Source: Macrostomum lignano (Eukaryota). Taken from it: 64,000 bases of DNA. The stretch lies in contig NIVC01000110.1 in assembly GCA_002269645.1 (NCBI GenBank), positions 248,001 to 312,000 on the forward strand. The letters are read 5' to 3'. A model generated the notes under the pieces. That model had not been told where the DNA came from, did no database searches, and saw nothing but the letters and a program-made list of their open reading frames with translations. A program made the position numbers and the translations under genes. Below are positions 1-15,942 of the stretch, one piece after another; the first letter of the stretch is position 1; each line of letters starts with the position of its first letter.

Positions 1-63
1 CCGGGGCTCAGGATAACTTATATGGTGTGGTGAGAGCACTCAGTCACAGGGTGAACCGATGCC

Positions 64-475
64 CTAGGCTATGGGATGAGCACACCCTGATTTAGAATGA
101 GGACATCCCGATATAGAATGAGGACATCCTGATATAGAATGAGGACATCCCGATATAGAATGAGGACATCCTGATATAGAATGAGGACATCCTGATATAT
201 AATGAGGACATCCTGATATATAATGAGGACATCCTGATATAGAATGAGGAAATCCCGATATAGAATGAGAATATCCTGATATAGAATGAGGACATCCTGA
301 TATAGAATGAGGACATCCTGTTATAGAATGAGGATATCCTGATATAGAATGAGGACATCCTGATATAGAATGAGGACATCCTGATATAGAACGAGGACAT
401 CCCGATATAGAATGAGGACATCCTGTTATAGAATGAGGATATCCTGATATAGAATGAGGCCATCCTGATATAGAA
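64..475. repeat. 21-bp minisatellite (GAGGACATCCTGATATAGAAT)n
   Basis: Tandem units directly visible; they explain the repetitive ORFs 64..522 and 92..646. Confidence 0.95.
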
Positions 476-723
476 AGAAGACAAACACAAGCTATCGCTA
501 TCAGACCAATTTTGGTGCTCAAGCTCCAAGTTAACGTAGCGGTGGCGCACGGTTTTCGAACTTGAGTACTCTAGCTGAGAGAGTCTGGCATGTGAACTGA
601 TGAGCTGCTCTGCGACATACATGTACCAAGGTGCAGAGAGAGTCAACCTGCAACCCCTTGGGGAACCGTTTGTCTCATTTCAAGTCAGAACTTGCTATTT
701 TTAATGGCAAAATTGTCTCGCAG

Positions 724-2394
724 TTCGCCTACAGTCGACTCGGCACCTGCCTGTATGTTGCCGCCATCTCAAGCGCCGACCTGGTCCTTTTACTTGTTCG
801 ATGCGGCGATCTGTGGCTTCGCTGCGCTTTGGACATTAGTCCAGTCAGCATGGCGCTGACTCAGTCGAAGACCGCCTGCAGCGTTTTCCCGTTCGCCTAC
901 GGCTGCGTGGTGCACATGCGGGGCTTTGCCCACCTTGCTCTGGCCTGGGACACCGTCAGCCTGTATTGGCGGCCCGTGAAGGCCTGGCAGAGCCTGCGTC
1001 CTGATCGAGTCGGGAACACCCTGATCGCGTTCTGCGCCACCTTTCTAGTGCTCAACTCACAGTACCTGTGGACCTATTCGTTGCAGGACGTGCGACTAGA
1101 GAGCAGCGATGCTAAGGGTAATGAGTTCAAGCATTAGGTTAAACATTTCAGTATTATGAATGCGCATTCAAAACTCAGACAGGCAACAATCCATATATTA
1201 GACTAGAGTAGTGCGTTTTGAAACAGTTCTACAAATCAATGATTAAAATATCGCATCATTTAGGCAGCAGGAGGGTTGAGGACTCTTCAGCTTGCTCAAC
1301 GCCCTGGGAGACATGTCCCATAAATACAATGGGGCAATTCTTCCCATTTCGCTGACTGATTCCCGAACACATACAAGCGTACTCTATCAAGACATAGGGT
1401 GTACAGCGGTCCTGGCTTTTCAATCCTCAGGCATGTACACTCTCTGTGCCTTAGCTGTTGGCCCTCAGAGGTTTGAAGAGCCGATTTTCGTGCTTACAAG
1501 CCCCAAATGAATGAGATCACGCACGGAACCGAAAAGGAAGACGCGTTTACCGCTGAGCTGCTCTGTCCTCTCTTCAGAGAGTGGAACAAAACGGGTTTAC
1601 TGAATATGTTAGTGGCCAGATGCACAGTTTCAATGCTGCAATTGTTCGCATCATTTACCACCTCCTCAGAGAGTCTCTGCACCGTAGCGTCTACGTGGAT
1701 AGCCCCAGCATGGCGCAACACTGTGTGGCCGCTCATCGATTTTCTTGTATCGGACGCCCTGCCTCTGACGGTGATTTCTATCGCGGCTCTGCTAAGTTTC
1801 GGATGCGCCATGCGCCACGCCTTCGCATCCTCCTCTGCTTTGTCGCGTCGCACATCCGGTATCCTGGGAGACGAATCACACTGCTTGACCACCACGCCAG
1901 ATGACCGGCTGAGCACGGAGAGACTGATGCAAAAGTACATTGTCGATTGCCCGACATTCAAACAATTGCGCGTCTGTTTTCTAAGCATCTCCGTTATGTA
2001 CGTGATCGCCACCGTGCCCGAGACGGTGACCTACGTGACCAACTTTCTCAGCTTCTCGTCAGTGCGCGGCTCCGTCAGGCTGTCCGGCCGTCAGACTCTG
2101 GCCAGAGCCGCGCCGGACTTGGCGCTGGGCGAGGACGCTCGCCGACTGTGGCTCGAGCTGGCCTGCAGACTGCTGGCTTTTGCCGGCGCATCCTTCAAGC
2201 TGGTGCCGTTTCTGGTCTGCTGTCCAGCCGCTCGGAGCCGCGTTGTTCGATGGTTCGACAGCGTGATCAGCCGCCTCTGCTGTTGCTGCTTCTGCCGCTG
2301 CTGTCCTAGGAAACGTCACAATCAGCGTCGACAAAGCGACAATGGCCGTCGGACTCGTAGAGCGACAGTTGATCTGTCGTTGAGAGAAAATTGA
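724..2394 (+). CDS. Divergent rhodopsin-family (peptide-receptor-like) GPCR, 5'-partial; exons 724-1117 and 1670-2394
   Basis: TM2 YVAAISSADLVLL, Cys before TM3, ECL2 Cys, TM5 DFLVSDALPLTVI, TM6 SISVMYVIATVPE, TM7 and Cys-rich tail. The GT-AG intron 1118-1669 joins in phase 1 (AKE-SLC). TM1 exon not identified. Confidence 0.75.
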
Positions 2395-2884
2395 CCTGGG
2401 AATTATAAAAAACCACCCAGCGAGTTGTCATTTTGTAGTGAAAATATTTCGTCTGTAACAATCAATCTATACATTTAAGCTCAAATGACAATCATGAATG
2501 TAAATTTATTGTTAGCTAGCATCATAACTCAAACAGTTCTCTATTCTTAAAGCTTGTTTGCAGACAAATCCACGTCAAACAATGAGAGCTGTGTGCAACT
2601 TGTGCACTGGTATGAGTAGATACACAAAGTCTCACCTCCGAAACTGCCTGTACAATGCGCTGTCAGACACAGCTACAGTCAGACGCGCAAATTTAAGCCT
2701 AACTATGAGCACGTGGAACTGTTTCACAAATGAGAAATGTGCAAGGCTTTTTAATAGCTGTCTGTTTACTCTGCTATTCGAGGCTGGGCACGATGTTTCC
2801 TGTCTATATAAATTTGAGATTTCCTAGCCCTTCTAGCCAGGTATATTTCCACAGCTTTCGCGTGCAGAATTAAAGCTTTGAGCC

Positions 2885-6352
<3,468 letters not shown>

Positions 6353-7039
6353 ATTGCTCCGTTCGTTTCTTAAATACGAACTACAAGGCTCGGTTAATTT
6401 TAGCTAACTTTAAGTCACAATTTTACGGGTTGGGTATTTGTGTTTCCTAGAAAAATGCCGTTAAAATTGTTTAGATTCGCAAAATTGCTCATTAAAATAA
6501 ATCAATTAATCTATAAATCAGCGGAAATCTGTTCTTGTTGTTGGAATTTCGATGAAAAATATTGAATTTATCTTTATATTTTACTATTAAAACAAAAGTA
6601 ACAAATGATAAACTGCTGCGAAGAAATAATAAAATAGGTCAATTTCGTTGCGCACAAGTTTTGGGCTACTTTCTATCGGAAAAAGCAAGTTACAAGATAT
6701 CAGCAGTTTTACTATTTATCCTTTATAGAATACTTCAGAAGTAGTTAATTTTCAATAAATTTTATAGGAAGTGTGAGTCTTTTCAGCAGTCTTATCAATC
6801 AGTCAAGTATGACACACGTCAATTTCGATTGACAGACAGGTAACATGTAAAGGCAACGTGGTCAATATTAGCGAAAGAGCAGTCTTCTCATCAAACTATG
6901 AAACTTTTTTATGCCCTTATTTTGATCAAAACTTCAGCAGAAGAGCAAGTAACACATGTACTTTGTCGGCGCATGAAAACTAAATTAGAATGACGCTACA
7001 CGTTGCAAAATTTGCCTGATTTGCGAGTATGACGTCATT

Positions 7040-10000
7040 CTAAGCCTTCAGCTCCGGGGTCAGCAGTCTACTCGAATGCGAAGCCATCGGAGTTTTCTGT
7101 CTCGGCTGACTGCCGCTCTTGCCGCTGCTCCGCCTGCTGCTCTGCTTGCTGCTCTTCTTGCTAGCCGCTGCTGAACCTGCCACTGAACCTGCCGACGCCG
7201 CCGTCTCCAAGCCCAGAGCATCGCGAAACAAAAACGACCTGCTGTCCGACGTCAGATGGGCGGCTGCCTCGCCTCGGTAGCGGCGGACAACCTCGTCAAG
7301 ACGTTTGCGTCGTTGAATGTCCAGCACGGACTTGCAGGCGAACAGCTGCTCGCGGAACGGACGCTCATCTGCGACGGTGCTCGCTGGACGCGGCCGCGGC
7401 GCCTTCGTCTCTTCCTCTTCCGGCGACTCGTTCAGGTCTTCGCCATCGCCTTGAGCGTCTCGCCGTTCCGCTCCAACGTCGCGCATCTCTCGGCGGTCGC
7501 TGTCGCCGGTCAGTGCCGCTTCGGGATGTCGCGAGCGGACGTTGAGTCGCAGCGGATACGAGTTGGCCGGGTGCGGCAGCCGAGTGAAGTTGTCACGCGG
7601 GTAGACGTCCTCGAGGCGCGGCTGGTAGGGATTGAAGCAGATTGACACCTTGGTGGAGTGGTTCCAGTCCTGCAGCGTTCGAAGGAATGAAAGCAACGCT
7701 TGGATGAAATCTAAAGAATGCTTTTGTTCAAACTTTAAAATAAGTTATTTTCATTGATAGCCTGTAAATTTTTGTAGGGCTGGTAATCCGAGTTAACTAA
7801 TGAGTCACTAGCCGTATGAAACGTTGGCGCATTTAAAGACAGCGTTTTAAGTTAAGTAGAGTTGACTATGGTTAGCACATAGATGAAGAGGGGCCGTAGC
7901 TAGGTAGTCTGATGTGCCAGCGGCCCAGGCTCGATTCCAAGTGCAGTCACATTAATTTGGAGCTAAATTGGAATCTCGGCTTGGCTCTGCTCGTGCAATT
8001 AACGGCCTTGAGGGCCAACCCCAAAGGCACAGTGAAGTGTACATGCACAACGATAAATAAAGTTAGGGCCGCTGTACACTCCTGTGTGTGTGTGCCTGTG
8101 CGTATGACTGCGTATGTATCCGCGCGCTTGTGTGCCTGCTCAGGGGAGTCGGCGGAATGGGCAGCAATGCCTCTCGCCGGTTGTGTGACAATGTCGCTTA
8201 AAGTGCGTTAGAGTGCACCACAGCCCCCTGCGTCTAATAAAATTTTGGCACCTGCGGATGATGAGCCAGTCTCAACGGCGGCCGCTGCTCCTGTCCGCCG
8301 CGCTCGCCAAGAATTTCATTCGCCTCGTCGATGACTTCGCGAACTTGCGTCTGCAGTTTGTCGGCTTCTGCGTCCTCCTCTGTCACCGTCGGCTGGCGAT
8401 AGCGTTCAGCTGGAGAGGCTTCGAGCTGTTCGTCTTTTCTCGGCGGCTGCTGCTGCTGGTCTGGCCGTGGCTGCTTCTCCTCCGAACTGCGATGGCGCTT
8501 TTTGTGACTGACTTTGGTCTCCTCGACTTGCTGGACCCACTCGTTGAAAGCTTCGTTACCTGAGTGCGTTTGTGAAATTTTTATTATTAGATAGGCTTTA
8601 GCACCAGGGGCTTTAGCACCAGGGACTTTAGCACCAGGGACTTTAGCACCAGGGGCTTTAGCACCAGGGGCTTTAGCACCAAGGGCTTTAGCAGCAGGGG
8701 CTTTAGCACCAGTGCTTTTAGCACCAGGGGCTTTAGCACCAGTACTTTTAGCACCAGGGGCTTTAGCACCAGTTGCTTTAGCACCAGGGGCTTTAGCACC
8801 AGGGGCTTTAGCACTAGGGGCTTTAGCACCAGTGCTTTTTAGCACCAGGGGCTTTAGCACCAGTGCTTTTAGCACCAGGGGCTTTAGCACCAGGGGCTTT
8901 AGCACCAGGGACTTTAGCACCAGGGACTTTAGCACCATGGGCTTTGGCACCAGGGGCTTTAGCACCAGGGGCTTTAGCACCAGGGGCTTTAGCACCAGGG
9001 GTGCCAGCACCAGGGGTGCCAGCACCAGGGGTGCCAGCACCAGGGGTGCCAGCACTAGGGGTGCCAGCACCAGGGGCGCCAGCACCAGGGGCGCCAGCAC
9101 CAGGGGTGCCAGCACAGGGGTGCTAGCACCTGTGAGCAAGCTAAGTATCCCAATTAGGGAGCAGAGCAGAAGACGAATACCTGAGCAATCAACTCACCTT
9201 GGTATCTCATGTCGTGAGCAACCTGTTCCTCTTTTTCAAACTGCTTCAACAAATCCTTCATAGCCAGTCTCTTCTCCATCTTGAGCTTCCTGGCCACCTG
9301 GTCCTTCTCCCGGTGCCAAGTCTCGGTGGCCAGCAGCTTGGCGCACTTCCGGTGGCCCCAGATTTTGGCCATGTCGATTGGCCGGAAGCCGCGAATGTCG
9401 GTTTGATCCAGCTTGGCTCCCAGCTTGATGAGCAGCTGCAGGGCCTGAAGGTGGCCCTCGCTGGCGGCCTGGTGCACCGGCGTCACCTTACAGTGATTGT
9501 TTAAGTAATTAAAATTGAATACAAATCAGACATATTATTATAAGTAGTTACCGTGAGTACTTCTATCTGTTCAAAAAAGAATAACTTGTTTCTTAGAAAA
9601 TACTTCGAAAGTTCACAACATCGTTATTTGTCATGATGCTAAGTGTGAACTGATATAACGTGATTACGTGAAGAAAATTGCTTTTAGCAAGTGTAAGCAT
9701 TTTTTAATTAATTTGAGTCGGTGTGTGATATTTTGCTGCTCACCAGTCCTTAGTGAATATTCCTTCGTATTCTGTGCAGCAATTTAAGGATGAGTTCAAG
9801 GCAATAAGTTTCAGAATGGACAGGTACATGTGGACAGGTACATATGAACAGGTAGATATGGACAGGTAGATATGGACAGGTAAATATGGACAGGTAGATA
9901 TGGACAGGTAGATATGGACATTTGTAGATATGGGCAGGTAAATATGGACAGGTACAGATGGACAGCAGTTAGATACGGACAGGTAGATATGGACAGGTAC

Positions 10001-10942
10001 AGATGGACAGCAGTTAGATACGGACAGGTAGATATGGACAGGTAGATATGGACAGGTAGAGATGGACAGGTACAGATGGACAGGTACAGATGGACAGGTA
10101 GAGATTGACAGGTAGAGATGGACAGGTACAGATGGACAGGTACAGATGAACAGCAGGTAGATACGGACAGGTAGATATGTACAGGTAGAGATGGACAGGT
10201 AGAGATGGACAGGTAGAGATGGACAGGTAGGTAGGTATTGACAGATATAAAACTGACGCGTAGAAACAGACAGATAGAAGCGGTCAACGGTAAGTTCGAA
10301 ACAGACAGGTCTCATAGAAACGGACAGGTCTCATAGAAACGGACAGGTCTCATAGAAACGGACAGGTCTCATAGAAACGGACAGGTCTCATAGAAACGGA
10401 CAGGTCTCATAGAAACGGACAGGTCTCATAGAAACGGACAGGTCTCATAGAAACGGACAGGTCTCATAGAAACGGACAGGTCTCATAGAAACGGACAGGT
10501 CTCATAAAAACGGACAGGTCTCATAGAAACGGACGGGTAGAAACATACTATTCTAACTCACGAAGTCGTCATTGACGCAGGAGTGATCAGCCCCTTTGTC
10601 CAGCAGGTAGAGCAGGCACTGCAGTGACCTGGGCCCAGTCTGCGCACTGATGCACAGGTGCACCGGTCTCCAACCGGTACTACTAGCTGAGTTAACGTCG
10701 CAACCGTTCTGCTCAATCAGCAGTCGAAGGCATTCGAGTCTGCCGTGAATGGCGGCCAGGTGCACAGCTGCCAGGCCGTTTCTGTCGAAAGCTCCGGCTG
10801 AAGCTCCTGGCTCTCGGAGGCTCTGCCGGAGCCACTCTACGTCGCCAATGGCAGCGGCCATGAACTGGTCCTCGGGCGAGGCCTTCCGAGCGGCCCCGGA
10901 CCCAGTCGCTTTCCGCCGTCTCACAGGAGGTCGAGCCGCCAT
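7040..10942 (-). CDS. ANKRD53: Ankyrin repeat domain-containing protein 53-like; exons 10942-10562, 9486-9198, 8559-8252, 7669-7040
   Basis: FMAAAIGDVEWLR, LLYLLDKGAD, TPVHQAASEG and FRPIDMAKIWGHRKCAKLL match recalled ANKRD53 motifs (AVGNVEWLR, YKPIDFCKIWNHRACARFL). GT-AG introns are phase-consistent; the last acceptor is less certain. Confidence 0.8.
7890..8212 (+). mobile_element. tRNA-derived SINE-like repeat, copy 1
   Basis: Head GGGGCCGTAGCTAG and B-box-like GGCTCGATTCC (7928-7938); body shared with copies at ~15480-15795 and ~26376-26640. Confidence 0.65.
8593..9130. repeat. 15-bp minisatellite GGCTTTAGCACCAGG grading into GGTGCCAGCACCAGG (ANKRD53 intron)
   Basis: Directly visible. 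Confidence 0.95.
9815..10245. repeat. ~14-bp minisatellite (GGACAGGTAGATAT)
   Basis: Directly visible. Confidence 0.9.
10300..10535. repeat. 19-bp minisatellite (ACAGGTCTCATAGAAACGG)
   Basis: Near-perfect tandem units. Confidence 0.95.
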
Positions 10943-11242
10943 GCTGAAACCGATGAAGACGTCTCAGAAGTTGAGCAACCAACAAATTGAATTGAGCAGT
11001 TCAAAAGAAGAAGCTCCAAAAATCCAAGAAGAGTTTTTTAACCGTCACTGTTCACAGGTGTGCACTGAGCAATGGAGGTGTACGCTCTTTCCTAACCAAC
11101 CCCGCCAGGGTGGGTCTGGAGCGTACATTTCACTCCATTCCTTACCGCTCCTGCCCACTCTATGCACTGGGCGGTTGACAGAAAGAATAGAGAGGGAGAG
11201 AGGGAGAGAGAGCGGACAGAGAGGGGAAGGAGAGAGGTGCGC

Positions 11243-11257
11243 GTTGCCATTGACAAC
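11243..11257. promoter_or_regulatory. Candidate RFX X-box GTTGCCATTGACAAC in the divergent ANKRD53/MORN2 promoter
   Basis: Fits the GTNRCC-N(0-3)-RRNAAC X-box pattern; lies between two head-to-head genes whose ATGs are 440 bp apart. Confidence 0.55.
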
Positions 11258-11382
11258 AAGCGAGGTGACAAGAGAGATTTTTTGAAGTTAGAAGTAAGCC
11301 TGCAGCTGCAGAGAGCGGTGGCTGTCGTCTTTGCGAAAGCAGGCCTCTCTAAGTCCAGCAATCTCAGCAAGTCTCTATCGAA

Positions 11383-11826
11383 ATGCCGCCAAAGAAGGGC
11401 AAAAGCAAGGAGCCAGCAGAGCCGGTCGCTCCTCCCACGGGCACGTTTTTCTTCTCCAATGGCGACAAGTACGAGGGCGAGTACCTCATCGGCGAAGGTG
11501 GCGCGCTGCAACGCCAAGGCAAGGGACGGCACACTTCCAGCGACGGCCTGCAGTACGAAGGTGACTTCGATAAGGACGCCATGAGCGGCACTGGACGTCT
11601 GTTTTTTCCTTCAGGCGCCGCATACGAAGGCCAGTTCCACGAGAACCAGATGCACGGCCGTGGCTGCTACAGGTTCCCGGATGGAAGCTGCTACGAGGGC
11701 GACTTTATTGAGAATCGACTGGAGGGCAACGGCAAGTTCACGGACACCAACGGGCAGGAGTGGGTCGGCAGCTTCCTGTTCCGGTCGGCTCCCGGGCTCC
11801 GGTTCAACTTGAGAATGGAGGCGTGA
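11383..11826 (+). CDS. MORN2: MORN repeat-containing protein 2
   Basis: MORN repeats (YEG-F/Y...G-G) and C-terminus GQEWVGSFLFRSAPGLRFNLRM, resembling MORN2 ([22 protein letters not shown]); intronless ORF. Confidence 0.88.
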   Translation: MPPKKGKSKEPAEPVAPPTGTFFFSNGDKYEGEYLIGEGGALQRQGKGRHTSSDGLQYEGDFDKDAMSGTGRLFFPSGAAYEGQFHENQMHGRGCYRFPDGSCYEGDFIENRLEGNGKFTDTNGQEWVGSFLFRSAPGLRFNLRMEA

Positions 11827-11884
11827 GGGAAACTGGCCTGTTTTGACTGTCTGTTCGCATGGGTGCGGTAACTTGATGGAGAGT

Positions 11885-12383
11885 CAGTGGCGTACGCAGA
11901 GGGGGTCAAGGGGGGTCCCGACCCCCTTCCAATCGTTCTCACAAAATTATTATGCTACTCTAAAACTAAATGAAGAAAGAGGTAGCCAAGCTAAACGAAT
12001 GAAAGTCGATCTTTTGGACGTGGCTGACCACCTGATCTGGACATAGGGGTACGAGTGCCCACCAAGAGACAGCGGCGCAAACCAAGAGACAGGGGCGCCC
12101 ACCAAGAGACAGGGGCGCCTACCAAGAGACAGGGGCGCCTACCAAGAGACAGGGGCGCCCACCAAGAGACAGGGGCGCCTACCAAGAGACAGGGGCGCCT
12201 ACCAAGAGACAGGGGTGTCCACCAAGAGACAGGGGTGTCCACCAAGAGACAGGGGCGCCTACCAAGAGACAGGGGCGCCCACCAAGAGACAGGGGCGCCC
12301 ACCAAGAGACAGCGGCGCCAGCGACTGGCGCGCACAACAAATATTGGCACCCCCTCAAAATAAAATTGCTGCGTACGTCACTG
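11885..12383. mobile_element. MITE with 13-bp TIRs and an internal 21-bp array (CCACCAAGAGACAGGGGCGCC)
   Basis: CAGTGGCGTACGC at 11885 and GCGTACGTCACTG ending at 12383 (1 mismatch); no clear 8-bp TSD. Confidence 0.75.
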
Positions 12384-13221
12384 GTGAAGGTTCCTTGTGG
12401 CTAACATGATCGCGTAGACTGATGTGAGTTTTTTTGGCTTTGTGGCTGAATTTTCTAATCGCTTTTCTGTCTGTCGGCCTTGCAGAGGTACTATTATATT
12501 TTTGAATACTGTTATTTGTACTTTTGAAACTGTATAAATAAAACTTATTTCATCGCAAAACTTATTTTCCTAATCGCATTCGCGCTCAAAAGTCTGACCT
12601 TTGACCTTGCTGTATCGCATGCCAGATGAATTCCAAGTGTTTTTTAGTGGATAATAAATTTGAATAATTGCTTTACAACTTAGACGTCTTTGTATTCCCG
12701 TCTGACTCCCGCGACACGTGAGCCCTGGCTCAATCCCATGCGCAAACTTTTTTATTTGGGACTTGTGAGCGCGAAAATTTGCTTTTTATACTACTTAGTA
12801 CTTTTTATCAGTAGAATATATGGCGCATTATCTGTTAAGCAGGAAAAAACCTTATATTAGCAGTTTTCCATGGGAAATAAAATTGATCTTTTTCGGAATT
12901 TAAGAAGCATAATAGTATCGGTTCTGGTGATACGGTTTGACGCTCGTAATTTAAAGAAAGAAACGCATTCGTTTCGCACTTGATACGTGTTTTTATTGCA
13001 TGTGCGCATATTAAATAAGACCGCACCGACGGCTGCAGGCCAGCAGTAGGTTCATAAATAAAGTCACATTCAGCGAAATGGAATGGAATGCTGCTGGTCG
13101 AGAAATGCCTAATTTTTTACACATTATTACAGTGTACATGTAAGCTGATTTGACAAGTTGCAGTGCCTCTAATAAAACTTTTCCTGATATTCTAACAGCG
13201 TCACTTTTCTGCGCAAAATTT

Positions 13222-14430
13222 CTTTACCTGTGTGTCTACAGTACTTTACCTGTGTGTCTAATAGCTCTTTACCTGTGTGTTTACAGTACTTTACCTGTGT
13301 GACTAATAGCTCTTTACCTGTGTGTCTAATAGTTCTTTACCTGTGTGTCTAATAGTTCTTTACCTGTGTGTCTAATAGTTCTTTACCCGTGTGTCTAATA
13401 GTTCTTTACCTGTGTGTCTAATAGTTCTTTGCCTGTGTGTCTAACAGTGCTTTACCTGTGTGTCTAACAGTTCTTTACCTGTGTGTCTAATAGTTCTTTA
13501 CCTGTGTGTCTACAGTGCTTCACCTGTGTGACTAACAGTTCTTTACCTGTGTGTCTGATAGTTCTTTACCTGTGTGTCTAATAGTTCTTTACCCGTGTGT
13601 CTAATAGTTCTTTACCTGTGTGTCTACAGTGCTTCACCTGTGTGACTAACAGTTCTTTACCTGTGTGTCTGATAGTTCTTTACCTGTGTGTCTAATAGTT
13701 CTTTACCTGTGTGTCTAATAGTTCTTTACCTGTGTGTCTAATAGTTCTTTACCTGTGTGTCTAATAGTTCTTTACCTGTGTGTCTAATAGTTCTTTGCCT
13801 GTGTGTCTAACAGTGCTTTACCTGTGTGTCTAACAGTTCTTTACCTGTGTGTCTAATAGTTCTTTACCTGTGTGTCTACAGTGCTTCACCTGTGTGTCTA
13901 ACAGTTCTTTACCTGTGTGTCTGATAGTTCTTTACCTGTGTGTCTAATAGCTCTTTACCTGTGTGTCTAATAGTTCTTTACCTGTGTGTCTAATAGTTCT
14001 TTACCCGTGTGTCTAATAGTTCTTTACCTGTGTGTCTAATAGTTCTTTACCTGTGTGTCTAATAGTTTTTTACCCGTGTGTCTAATAGTTCTTTACCTGT
14101 GTGTCTAATAGTTCTTTACCTGTGTGTCTACAGTGCTTCACCTGTGTGTCTGATAGTTCTTTACCTGTGTGTCTAATAGTTCTTTACCTGTGTGTCTAAT
14201 AGTTCTTTGCCTGTGTGTCTAACAGTGCTTTACCTGTGTGTCTAACAGTTTTTTACCTGTGTGTCTAACAGTGCTTTACCTGTGTGTCTAACAGTGCTTT
14301 ACCTGTGTGTCTAATAGTTCTTTACCTGTGTGTCTAACAGTGCTTTACCTGTGTGTCTAATAGTTCTTTACCTGTGTGTCTAATAGTTCTTTACCTGTGT
14401 GTCTAACAGTGCTTTACCTGTGTGTCTAAC
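13222..14430. repeat. ~22-bp minisatellite (TTTACCTGTGTGTCTAATAGTTC)
   Basis: Directly visible ~1.2-kb array. Confidence 0.96.
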
Positions 14431-15479
14431 ATGGGTTTTTAAAGATATCCTGTTACAATTTCTACCCTTGGGGTAAAATTAAATATTTGTTTTATTGCGC
14501 CATCCAGCAGCACAAGAACCGGAAGACAGAAAATGCAAAACATTTAGAGATTTTGGTTAATTTTTAAAAGCTCTGCATTTTCAGCCTAATAAGCGAAGGC
14601 AGTGAAGAAAATGCCTGCTTATGTTTATGACTAACTGTAAATTACTGATTGGGAATCTACACGTAGCATAAGCATGCTTATCAAGAGAGCCCGAGGTCCA
14701 AGAGCTGACTGACCTTAGTAAGTTAAATTTCGTACATTCCATTTTGTCGGTTGAGATATAAAACTTGCGTTTAGCGTGTTATCAGCCAATGCTAATCCAG
14801 AGCACAATCAGCTGGATGAGGCTTCACTGAGTAGAATATTACATACTCTAAGAATAAATATTGCAATGGCTTACAAATTGTTGAAATTATATTTTTAAAC
14901 AATTATAACAATATTTACAACCACTGGGTCACCAGACAACTGATGTTTACTATGTAACAATGAATTTAAATAAATCGTATGACTTTTAATTATTTTGATT
15001 GCGAAATGTTGCAACTCAATTAGGAATGACGCAATAATGACGCAGTTGACAAGCTGACAAATATTTGTTTGTACACACGCAAAACAAATTTAATAATGCA
15101 ATTAGACTGAATGCAATTCAAGCGTTTGAAAGCCTGGTCTGTTTGACATTTCTCATTAACTAGAAAAAACGAAGTGTGGGATAAAAGGAAAACCAAAGTC
15201 AAATTAGGCGTGTTGACAAGAAGACCGAAGTGAGGTGGACTGACTAAAATAGCTGTTGACCCAATTGGAAAATTAACTAGATATGTAAATTTACGAGTAA
15301 GTGCATCCTTTCATACGTAAGCAGTTACACATTTATTGAATTAAACAGAAGCTATTTGTTCTGTTCACAAGATCCATTCACTAAAAATGGTTGGTCTGTA
15401 GGTAGGTGTGTGTGTGTCTGTGTGATCGATTTAAGAAAAAAATTGCTTAACCGAGTTTCTTTACTCTCTAACGCTCTTC

Positions 15480-15795
15480 AAGCGACATTACCGGCGAAAG
15501 GCTTTACTGCCCATTCCACCGACTCCCCTGAGCAGGCACACAAGCGCGCGGATACGTACGCAGTCATACGCACAGGCACACAAGCGCGCGGATACGTACG
15601 CAGTCATACGCACAGGCACACACACACAGGAGTGTTCAGCGGCCCTAACTTTATGCACACTTCAGTGTGCCTTGGGGGTTGGGCCCTCAAGCTAGGCGTT
15701 GACTGCACGAGCAGAGCCAAGCCGAGATTCCAATTCAGCCCGAAAGTAATGTGACTGCATTTGGAATCCAACCTGGGCCGCTGGGCTAAGCCCCC
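15480..15795 (-). mobile_element. tRNA-derived SINE-like repeat, copy 2 (shortened head)
   Basis: Reverse complement of the 7890 element. Confidence 0.65.
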
Positions 15796-15942
15796 ATCAA
15801 AGTTGACTGTTAGGGTATAGATTAGTGTTGTGAAACCGAACAAATAGTTTATGTCACCATGTACTTCTATAGTACTGGTTTTAGCGGACGAATAATGACT
15901 GCTATCTTATGCATGTACAGAATATCGGATCAATTGTTTGCA

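Noticed and set aside
7890-7960. tRNA gene
   Set aside because: No complete cloverleaf, and the head is attached to a dispersed repeat body, so it is treated as a SINE
8234-9139. 301-aa ORF with LAP/LKP/GAKAP repeats
   Set aside because: The N-terminal part is an intronic 15-bp minisatellite; only 8252-8559 is an ANKRD53 exon
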